Shown: positions 11,301-23,300 of the stretch, piece after piece
Position numbering within the stretch: the first letter of the stretch is position 1
Layout of the letters: each line of letters starts with the position of its first letter
NCBI GenBank assembly: GCA_030141605.1
Contig: JAQGDQ010001527.1
Span: 1-36,164, forward strand
Length of the DNA stretch: 36,164 nt
Reading direction: 5' to 3'
Origin: Tubiluchus corallicola
Taxonomy: Eukaryota > Animalia > Priapulida
Made by a program: the position numbers and the translations under genes
The notes under the pieces: generated by a model
Seen by the model: the letters and a program-made list of their open reading frames with translations, nothing else
The model's database searches: none
Told to the model about the DNA's origin: nothing

Positions 11301-14300
11301 ATAAAACAAACAGTTTTGTGATTTTGCAGCTAAATTTAGTAAAATTTTGACCATTAAACAAACAGTCTTGTGACTTTGTAGCTAAATTTAGAAAAAATTT
11401 GACCATAAAACAAACAGTCTTGTGAATTTGTAGCTAAATTTAGTAAAATCACATATAGCTTAGCTGGAGTTACAAATTTTTCGTTTTCCGAAGACTTTTT
11501 TCATTTATTATGCCAAGCATTTAGGTGTAGAGAAAATAATTTGTTTCCTAGCCCTAAAACCGAAGTACATTAGCAACGAATTTCTGTTTCACATTATGCC
11601 AAATGTTAGAGGCACCACAGCTCTCTCCACCATGCCTCTTTTCTCTCTTTTCTGTTTCACCATTTTTTACTACCTCAACTAGTTTTTTATACCAGCTACA
11701 TTACACATCGGTACACTAAGAAAGTAACTATACAAAAAAACTAGGTGAATATGTGTGCTTGCATACAAAAATCGTCCCTAAGTCGACAATTAAGCTTTTC
11801 TGGTTATTCACGTATCCTGAATCTCCATTTCACGAGGATCATTTTGATACCAAGTTCATCGCTCTATGTTATTTCTAAGCTGAGATAATCCATGTTGAAG
11901 TTGAGGTGCAGGCTGCACACTGAAAAATATAATCTTGAGAAAATCACTGTTAAAGTCAGCCATTGTTCTAGTTATTGACACATCCTAAGTCTCCATTTCA
12001 TGAGGATCATTTTGATACCAAGTTCATCACTCTATGTTATTTCTAAGCTGAGATAATCCACGTTGAAGTTGAGGTGCAGGCTGCGCACTGAAAAATATAA
12101 TCTTGAGAAAATCACTGTTAAAGTCAGCCATTGTTTTTGTCACGTTTCTTCACTTAGCAACTGCACCAATGTTGGTTGCTAAGGACTTTGTTTAAATCCG
12201 GTAGATGCCTCTTCTTGAACAAAGATCAGGGCTTGGCAACAGAAAAACCCAAAGCAAAATGACAGCTTCCAAGAGCTACAATCGGAGTTTGAAAATACAA
12301 GTTTTTTACAATTGTAGTACTAGTTTCTAGCCAGAAAAGTTAGATTTTTAGTGCTTTTTAAAAATTTTCTGGATAATTTGACTTTAGATTATAAAAATCC
12401 AATATATTTAGAGTTTGTTTCTATAAAAACAAAAAATTGACATGAGACCAAATTTTTTGTGCATTCTACCTTGAAGCATCATAACGTAGCTCTAACTATA
12501 CCGACTTGTAGAAGAATTTAGTTTGCAAGCACAGATATACTAAATCATGACGTTTCGTCCAACCTATCACAATAATTAGCAGAAATAGTGCCTTAGGAAC
12601 CCGAACTTCCCACAGGGGAAAAGAGTTTAAAAACGAAACCGAAACATACAAGACCGTCCAAAAAAATCAACAATCCTATATTATAGGTTTTACATGTCAA
12701 ATGTAGACCTGCGTTAACTCAAATGTAGATTTAGGTAATTCAAATGTGTCTTGGTAACTCAAATGTAGATTTAGGTAATTCAAATGTGTCTTGGTAACTC
12801 AAACGTAGACTTAGGTAGTTCAAATGTGTTAACAATGGTTTTCAAGAAATGTTAAGTGCTTTTGGTAAGTCAAATGTAGACACATGTCAAGTCAAATGTA
12901 ACATTGGTATCTCAAATGTGGATCTTAAAGTTTAAGGACGTTAAATTTAATCTCCTTTAATTTCAATTTAATAATTGCTCTTAAGTTAAAATACTAACAT
13001 TATAGGTCTACTAATAGATGCACTATCTTTGGTTTATCTTTTTCTAATTTGCACTTAAATAACTTAATTACCGATTTATTCAAAGTAATGCATCTGCATT
13101 TGACTTACCTAAGTCACATTTGAGTTACCAAAACACATTCGAAATTCCTGTGTCTACATTTGACTTACCTAAGTCACATTTGAACTTTCCTGTGTCTACA
13201 TTTGACTTACCTAAGTCACATTTGAACTTTCCTGTGTCTACATTTGACTTACCTAAGTCACATTTGAACTTTCCTGTGTCTACATTTGACTTACCTAAGT
13301 CACATTTGAACTTTCCTGTGTCACATTTGACTTACCTAAGTCACATTTGAACTTTCCTGTGTCTACATTTGACTTACCTAAGTCACATTTGAACTTTCCT
13401 GTGTCTACATTTGACTTACCTAAGTCACATTTGAACTTTCCTGTGTCTGCATTTGACGTGTAAAACCTATAAGACAATACTTCCAGTGAACCAACCTTAT
13501 GCGGCCCAAGCTCAAGAGCCATACACTTTGTTAGCATATCTAGAGCCGCCTTGCTGGAACAATACATTGTGTGAGACTGCAGAGCCCTCTGTGAGGCTTG
13601 ACTGGAAATGTTGACGATCGAACCCTTGCAGTTGTGAGCAATCATGTCCTTAGCAACAATCTAGATTCAAGCGAGAGAACTTAATAAATAAAGTTTGTGT
13701 GATACTCTGCTGGCAAAATGCAAGTGTACTTATGATGTGCCTAGCAGTTAAACAGGTGATGTTATTGTTGTGGAGATCGCTGGCATCTATTGGAATTACA
13801 TAGAACATTGTAGAATGTTCCGTTAGAATAATCGTCTTACCGTGTGGAATGTTCTGCAACAAAACTTCTAGAAGCTTCTCGGGCACCCTATACAAGGCTG
13901 AGACGGACACACGCAGATTCACACGGACGCCACTTACACATTCTCTTGTATACTTGATTTTCAGATACACTCAAACGTTTTCCAGATTTTCACGTTTATT
14001 GTAATCATTTCGCGTTCCTTCATACTTTTGTGTTGTAGAATTCTCGCTTAATAAACTAATTTAATTTGACGAAGTGATTTCTGGTTTTCTCTACGAGCCT
14101 TCCGAGAGAAACAAAACACAACAGTTTTGTAATGTAAAATGTATTTATACATCGTGCCCAACATCATTTAAAATCTCAACACGCTGAAGAATAAAATACA
14201 TTTAAAATTCATAAGAAACATCAAATTTCAACAACATTAAAAATTAAAAAGTGCAATTTAACCATACGTGTTTTAGGATGTTGTTTAAAACAGTCTAATG

Positions 14301-17300
14301 AATTTGTAGAACGTGTAGCAACAGGTAAGTTATTCCAGAGATGCGGAGCACAGGTAGAAAAAGCTTTTCCACCATAGAATACCGTATTAGGAATTTTTGC
14401 TCGACGAAAGACATTGGCCTAGACTCAAAATAACATTACTCAATCAGTAAACACCTTCAATACATCACGACATATTTTGATTGTGTGTATGAAGAAATCT
14501 AAAGGTAAAATAGCTAAGACATAGGTAGAACACAGGTGAGTTTATTCATACAAATCAGTTAGTCATACAAATTATTCACAGCACATGTTTATTCCAAGAT
14601 CTCTGAAAGCCAACTGCCCAGGTAAGTTTTCTATGAAGCAAGGAAGCCAGCAATTCTATGAAAGGTAAATGTTATGCATACTACACAGTTCAAGGATGAA
14701 AGTTTAGACTGTATATGAAGAAATAGACTTATTTTACAGCTGAAATTTCTTGTATGGGATTTTTTAATGTTTTAACCACAGAATGCAATAAAATGACATA
14801 ATAATAAAAAATAATGACATATGACATCGTGAGCTTCACGACAGTGTTTTGGTTTTCAAATACATCAACAATACTAGAAAAATTTACGTTCGTGAATTCA
14901 CTTCTAAGATTAAATAAATGATGTAAATGAATTTGTTCATTAGCATTAGAACGAAGTGTTCGGCCTATGTCACGGCATATTAAAATGTTAGTAAGGTATG
15001 CAGGTGACAAAACCATGTCTATTTTCTAGGTGAAACAAACAATTTTAAATTGAATTCGGAACTTTACCGGCAACCAATGTAACTCTCTTAGAATGGGCTG
15101 TAATGTGATCATATTTTCTAGTTTCTGTAATGTGAAGGGCAGCAGAGATCTGAATTAGTTGGAGTTTGCGATTTTCATGTTCAGGGAGTCCAAAAGTGAA
15201 CATCTCATTTGTTTCAGTTGCTTTAGTAAGGACAACAATTTATTTGCATTTTGCAGATTTACTTGTCCGGTAATGCTGTAAAAGAACAACGCTCACAAAG
15301 GGCAGTGAGAGTCACGATTCCACTGCCAGGACAAATCATGTCATGTCACGTCATTCCACTTGTGATTCCACGTCGAAAAATTTCGTTTTGCATTCACTAG
15401 AATGAAACTCCAGTTTCATAGACAGTCTCTAACCGATGGAAAATAAGACTGTGTGAATGTGGTGCTGTCCAAACTGAACAGCATGTTTCAGCCACTCGCC
15501 CCAAAAGAGAAAATCTTAGAAATGAATTCACGAACGTAAATTTTTCTAATACAGTCATTTGCAAAAGTTTAAGACCAAAGTGATTTTTTTCATGAAAATT
15601 GACAAAACCATCGTTTAACACGGTTTCATCTAAAAACTATTCATTTATTCTTCTAGAAAAATATACTACAGCATATTTTGTATGTTTTTATCCAAAAATA
15701 GTAACAGTCCTTGAGCATTTATGTACTTTGTATGGCCACCGAAAACCGTAATCTAGCACTTATCGCCCTTTCAGTATATCCTTCTTGATGTAAAGTAACG
15801 ATTTGAACCCTCTGAGTCTCACTCAATGACGATTTTTTTTGCCCATTTTTTGGAACAGAAGAAAAATACAAAAACGGCCGATCTGTATGGATAGCGGCAG
15901 GCAAATGAGTCACTCATACTCACTAGACGTACTGTTTCAAACCACTAGCGGTTTGATGCAATCAACAAAGAATCTGATGCAATCAGATGCAACGGTACAA
16001 TGAAAATCCCGAAAACTCAAGCTTGGTCTTAAACTTTTGCAAATGACTGCATTGTCGATGTATTTGAAAACGAACACACGTTTAAAATTCGTTATGACGT
16101 ATTGAATTTATTTACGGATCGAGTAATGTCATTTTGAGTCTAGGCCACTGTTTTTCGCCAAGCAAATATTTAGACATTTCTACCTATACATGATTAGAGA
16201 TTTTTTGCAGACTTGTTATCTATAGTATTGTATTTTTTATGACTATAATATGACTGTAATACATAGGCATAGAACTAGTGTATTTAAATATGTAGCACAT
16301 TGCATGCAGTCATAAAAAACACTGTCAACAGAGGTTAATACCAGTGAATATTTTACTGTAACATAATCAGTACATAGATGTCCCAAATATCCCATAAAGT
16401 GGATTAACCTGACAGTTCAGCGCACAGGTGAGTAAAACAGACAGGTGACTAGCAGGTAACAAAACTGAAAAACTGACCAAAACCAAAAGCTTTACATTCC
16501 CGCCACAGATGGCGCCTCGTGCATGAATTTGTAACATAATCAGTACATGAATGTCCCACAGATCCCATAAAGTGGATTAACCTGACTGTTCAGAACACAG
16601 GTGAGTAAAACAGACAGGTGACTAGCAGGTAACAAAACTGAAAAACTGACCAAAACCAAGAGCTTTACATTCCCGCCACAGATGGCGCCTCGTGCACGAA
16701 TTTGTAACATAATCAGTACATAAATGTCCCACATGTCCCATAAAGTGGATTAACCTGACTGTTCAGAGCACAGGTGAGTAAAACAGACAGGTGACTAGCA
16801 GGTAACAAAACTGAAAAACTGACCAAAACCAAAAGCTTTACATTCCCGCCACAGATGGCGCCTCGTGCATGAATTTGTAACATAATCAGTACATAAATGT
16901 CCCACAGATCCCATAAAGTGGATTAACCTGACTGTTCGAAGCACAGGTGAGTAAAACAGACAGGTGACTAGCAGGTAACAAACTGAAAAACTGACCAAAA
17001 CCAAAAGCTTTACATTCCCGCCACAGATGGCGCCTCGTGCATGAATTTGTAACATAATCAGTACATAAATGTCCCACAGATCCCATAAAGTGGATTAACC
17101 TGACTGTTCAGAGCACAGGTGAGTAAAACAGACAGGTGACTAGCAGGTAACAAAACTGAAAAACTGACCAAAACCAAAAGCTTTACATTCCCGCCACAGA
17201 TGGCGCCTCGTGCATGAATTTGTAAGCAAGATTAAGAAAAAAAAGCAAAATCTGTTACATTGCATTTATTATATCTTTGTTGTTCTGGATGTCTCGTTTT

Positions 17301-20300
17301 GGTAACATCTTTTTGGACTCTAGTTTTTTCTGGTTAAGCAAGATTATAGTGTATTTTTCTCAAATTATGTATAATTATAGTCAATAAACAAACTGACTGA
17401 CTGACTGACTGACTAACTAACTAACTATCTAACTACTACTGCAAAGAACTGGACGAAGGAATTTAGCGAAAATAGTTATTTCCAAACAGCTTCGCACCGT
17501 TCATCACTGGCTGCGAAGCTCTGACGTTAGTTGGCGGATCTCTTGGACACCGAGACTAATGTCCAAGAGATGTCCAAACAATGTCCACTAACGTCCAAAC
17601 AACTCCTACATGTTTTTCGCACGAGGGTTATAAGTTCCGCACCTTCTGCCGCACGTTGTGGCGTACAATGCATAGTGATGAATGGCGGTACCCAAGGGCC
17701 TTCGCAACCAGTGATAGACAATGCGAAGCTGTCTGGAGATCAGTACACCTGCCAGAGTCATTCATCCGGTTTTTTGCTGCAAATGATGCGACACGATCTA
17801 TTCTTTTGAAGCCCAGAAAAACAAAGTGATGTCATGATGTAGTCAGGGATGAGAATTTTGCGCGGATACGCGGAATTCCGAGTTTTTGGAAGACCAGTAT
17901 TGCCATTTTTGTAAATCGTGTAAATTCATTGAGAAGATTTTTACGGACCCAGTACATTATTTCACAAGCTGACCGCTAGTTGGCAGGCCGTCACTTTGTT
18001 TACATCACGTACATCAGTGTAACCACGTGTATATCTCTATGTATAAAAATATAGAATCAATTGTGCGGAGTTATTTGAGTCAATTGCAGACAGTTTTTAT
18101 ATACTTTTGCATAGGAGTGGCCAGTACTTAGGTGTTTTTGAGACAATTAGGTATCATGTATCCTTGATAGTTGGGTATTTTAAATTATGCATGAAACAAG
18201 GTAACTGATATTTTAAGTCCAATTAGAGGCTCTCTATGGTCGCAAAACTGCAATTTGTTGCTGGCTGCAAGAGGGCTCCGCCCCCTTGAACCCCCCATGG
18301 GGGCCTACGTGGCCCATAACCCCCCGGCCTGTTTCACAGTTTTTTGCAATTTGTCATTCTCATCCCTGGATATAGTCAGAACAGAAGTGTAGTCATCCCA
18401 TCACAAAAACTCTCCACTCAAAGTTATATTACTTAGCATTAAGCCCGCCTGTTTGAAACACTTACGTAATTGGAAAAGAAAATCTTTAGTAATTTCACAT
18501 GTTCAGCTCACCTGGTAAAACTTCACTGATTCAACTGATTCAACTTCCCAGTTTGCACCACTGGCTCACCAAAAAACGTACTATCAATCTTACTGACGAA
18601 ATCAAGTAACTTATTTATTTGCGTTTCAGCAAAGCGTATTCTATGACCCACCAGCTTGAAACTGAGGCTAAAGCTAAGTTGCTAACCTGGGTAAAACGAT
18701 AATGAAATATGAAACAACCAGAAAAAGTTGTTTACCTGTGAAATAAAGAAGGTTGCTTTAACATGAACATCAAACGTTCTGAAAGAAAAGACAATACAAC
18801 AGTTTATGAACGGAAAGCAATTGTTTTCCAAAAATACACCTTATAAGTAAGTTGAATGACAGAGCAGAACACTGAGAGCAAGCTACAAAGGAAAGGACAG
18901 ATGACTCAGTATATTAGGCTTATTTTACTGTTCACTTAAACTGTTTGTGGTGTGTTAAAGGAAAGAACAAGTCACTCAGTATGTTGGGTTTATTTTACTG
19001 TTATCACTTAAACTGTTTGTGGTGTGCTAAAGGAAAGAACAAACCACTCAGTATGTTGGGTTTATTTTACTGTTATCACTTAAACTGTTTGTGGTGTGCT
19101 AAAGGAAAGAACAAGTCACTCAGTATGTTGGGTTTATTTTACTGTTATCATTTAAACTGTTTGTGGTGTGCTAAAGGAAAGAACAGGTCACTCAGTATGT
19201 CGGGTTTATTTTACTGTTATGACTTAAACTGTTTGTGGTGTGCTAAAGGAAAGGACAGATGACTCAGCATGTTGGGTTTATTTTACTGTTATCACTTAAA
19301 CCGTTTGTGGTGTGCTAAAGGAAAGAACAAGTCACTCAGTATGTTAGGTTTATTTTACTTGTTATCACTTAAACTGTTTGTGGTGTGCTAAAGGAAAGAA
19401 CAGGTCACTCAGTATGTCGGGTTTATTTTACTGTTATGACTTAAACTGTTTGTGGTGTGCTAAAGGAAAGAACAAACCACTCAGTATGTTGGGTTTATCC
19501 TATTGTTATCACTTAAACTGTTTGTGGTGTGCTAAAGGCAAGAACAAGTCACTCAGTATGTTGGGTTTATTTTACTGTTATCACTTAAACTGTTTGTGGT
19601 GTGCTAAAGGAAAGAACAAGTCACTCAGTATGTTGGGTTTATTTTACTGTTATCACTTAAACTGTTTGTGGTGTGCTAAAGGAAAGAACAAGTCACTCAG
19701 TATGTTGGGTTTATTTTACTGTTATCACTTAAACTGTTTGTGGTGTGCTAAAGGAAAGAACAAGTCACTCAGCATGTTGGGTTTATTTTACTGTTATCAC
19801 TTAAACTGTTTGTGGTGTGCTAAAGGAAAGAACAAGTCACTCAGTATGTTGGGTTTATTTTACTGTTATCACTTAAACTGTTTGTGGTGTACTAAAGGAA
19901 AGAACAAGTCACTCAGTATGTTGGGTTTATTTTACTGTTATCACTTAAACTGTTTGTGGTGTGCTAAAGGAAAGAACAGGTCACTCAGTATGTCGGGTTT
20001 ATTTTACTGTTATGACTTAAACTGTTTGTGGTGTGCTAAAGGAAAGGACAGATGACTCAGCATGTTGGGTTTATTTTACTGTTATCACTTAAACTGTTTG
20101 TGGTGTGCTAAAGGAAAGAACAAGTCACTCAGTATGTTGGGTTTATTTTACTGTTATCACTTAAACTGTTTGTGGTGTGCTAAAGGAAAGAACAAGTCAC
20201 TCAATATGTTGGTTTTATTTTACTGTTATCACTTAAACTGTTTGTGGTGTGCTAAAGGAAAGAACAAGTCACTCAGTATGTTGGGTTTATTTTACTGTTA

Positions 20301-23300
20301 TCACTTAAACTGTTTGTGGTGTACTAAAGGAAAGAACAAGTCACTCAGTATGTTGGGTTTATTTTACTGTTATCACTTAAACTGTTTGTGGTGTGCTAAA
20401 GGAAAGAACAAGTCACTCAGTATGTTGGGTTTATTTTACTGTTATCACTTAAACTGTTTGTGGTGTGCTAAAGGAAAGAACAAGTCACTCAGCATGTTGG
20501 GTTTATTTTACTGTTATCACTTAAACTGTTTGTGGTGTGCTAAAGGAAAGAACAAGTCACTCAGCATGTTGGGTTTATTTTACTGTTATCACTTAAACTG
20601 TTTGTGGTGTGCTAAAGGAAAGAACAAGTCACTCAGCATGTTGGGTTTATTTTGCTGTTATCACTTAAACTGTTTGTGGTGTGCTAAAGGAAAGAACAAG
20701 TCACTCAGTATGTTGGGTTTATTTTACTGTTATCACTTAAACTGTTTGTGGTGTGCTAAAGGAAAGAACAAGTCACTCAGTATGCTGGGTTTATTTTACT
20801 GTTATCACTTAAACTGTTTGTGGTGTGCTAAAGGAAAGAACAAGTCACTCAGCATGTTGGGTTTATTTTGCTGTTATCACTTAAACTGTTTGTGGTGTGC
20901 TAAAGGAAAGAACAAGTCACTTAGCATGTTGGGTTTATTTTACTGTTGTCACTTAAACTTAGACAAATATGATAAAGAATTTTGTGGAAAAACTGTCTGT
21001 AAAGCATAAAAGTTAATTTACACTACTGCAATAACAAAGTAGTTACCATTCGAAGTTATAACACTCCAGCGTCGTCGGAGCTGTAGCTTCTAATCTTATA
21101 TATATAGCAAAACCACTGAAATTAATATATCGAGAAAATAAACTAACATATTCTTTTGCGTAGTTAGCAAAGATTATGCTATGAAAACTCTGATTATTTT
21201 TGCAAACTTTACACAATGTTATCTAATAACTTGCCATTAAAATGGTCATCGTGGAAGTGTAAATTAAAATTTTATAGAGCATTACTGATAATAGATACAG
21301 GTTTTGTATGCAATAAGGCAGCATGTAGGGGAAATAAAACTTCAAGACGAATTTTTTTAGCTTTATGTAAATAAAACGTTTTTTGCCCTTTGACAAATCC
21401 CAGTTAACGAACCTGTCAAATTCCTCGGGAGTGGCATCGAGAAAATTGTTGAGCAAAGCCACTCCGGCATTGTTGACAAGCAGATGAACAGGAAGGCAAG
21501 ATTTCACCACTTTTTCAACTTCTTCCCAATCGGTTATGTCCACTTCGTGGATATGTATACCAGGACACTGAAACATGTACGAAATTTACGGTTTACGACC
21601 ACTTTTTCAACTTCAACCTAATAAGTTCAGTTTACGACCACTTTTTCAACTTCAACCTAATAAGTTGAGTTTACGACCACTTTTTCAACTTCAACCTAAT
21701 AAGTTCAGTTTACGACCACTTTTTCAACTTCAACCTAATAAGTTCTGATACACACATCTTGAATGTACAAGTGCTGTAGACGTAAAATATAGTTTCTAAC
21801 TCGAATGTGATCACTATCGTTCGAATACGCTTCACGCAGCAATACGCAGATATGAAACCGCCATTGCCAAGGTGATTATAGCGAGTTTTCGCCGTTTAGC
21901 TTTCTGGAAATTCTAGTTAGGTGAGTTTTGGTCACATTAGGACCTACAAACAATAATAATTTTTTTCTACGTGAGTTTTTGAGAGATGGAAGAAGCATGT
22001 AGTTATGTGTTGGGCATCTAACTGCAGTTCTTTCACTGAATAATGACACCTGCCAAAATTTTTCTCCCCAGTAAAATGTTGTGCAACCAAAACCTGTGCT
22101 TTCTTTTCTGCCTAATAGTAAAAGTTTTCGAACTAGTAGTAAAAAGTAATCTTACAAAGATTGTGCATATTGCTTGATTTTGTTCTGCAGTAAAACCACT
22201 ATTAGTTTGTTAAAAATTTTGCACCGAAACTGCAGCTAAATTATGCTAATTGCATGACATATCAAATATTTTAATGATAAAGAACATACGTGCCTGAAGT
22301 GCTGAATCATTCGAATCTGTAATTTTAGGTTAAACTCGTTCAAACTTGAACTTTCGATGCTGACCTCTACTGACTATTCAAACACGTAACAGACTCTGAG
22401 AAATTAAACACACACAAACTAAACATTGACAAAATGAACTACATTCATAGAAATTTCTTACATTGCGCCGACAACATGAGTAATATTTTGAAATAAATAA
22501 CTAAAAAGCAAAACGACTTTAAATACAGGGATGAGAACGACAAATTGCAAAAAACTCTGAAACAGGTCGGGGGTTTTGGGGCCTAGATGGGGTTCAAGGG
22601 AAGCCCCCTTGGAGCCAGCAACAAATTGCAATTTTGTGACCATAGCAAGCCTCTAAGTGGACTTAAAATATCAGTTACCTTGTTTCATGCATAATTTAAA
22701 ATACCCAACTATCAAGGATACATGATACCTAATTGTCTCAAAAACGCCTAAGTACTGGCCGCTCCTATGCAAAAGTATATAAAAACTGTCTGCAATTGAC
22801 TCAAATAACTCCGCACAATTGATTCTATATTTTTATACATAGAGATCTACGCGTGGTTACACTGATGTACGTGATGTAAACAAAGTGACGGCCTGCCAAC
22901 TAGCGACCAGCTTGTGAAATAATGTACTGGGTCCCTAAATATTTTCTCAACGAATTTACGCGATTTACAAAAATGGGATTACTGGCCTTCCAGAAACCCG
23001 GAATTCCGAGGATCCGCGGAAAATTCTCATCCCTGTAAATAAGTAACGGCAGTCCGAGATATAGCCAGTTTAAAAACTTACCTCGATTTTTAACGTTTCT
23101 AGTGAATCTTTACTCTTACTAAGGGCAAACACTACGGCTCCGCACTGACCCAGCGACTTGCAAATTGCTCTCCCAATTCCTGTAATTAAATAGCAAATTA
23201 AAAATTTAGTAATTAGCAAATTAAATCAGCTATGACTGCAAAACAAACTCTGGTAATGGTTTTCATTGGTGAAGACTAGGCTTTCAAGGTCAAATAACCC

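Noticed and set aside
13295-13495. C-terminal extension of the 116-aa SDR ORF as a real protein
   Set aside because: Read-through into the intron and MITE; the true CDS splices at 13495 to the 10723 exon.
18945-21009. Zinc-finger/metallothionein-like repeat protein
   Set aside because: Intronic, antisense 72-bp minisatellite interrupted by stops and a frameshift.
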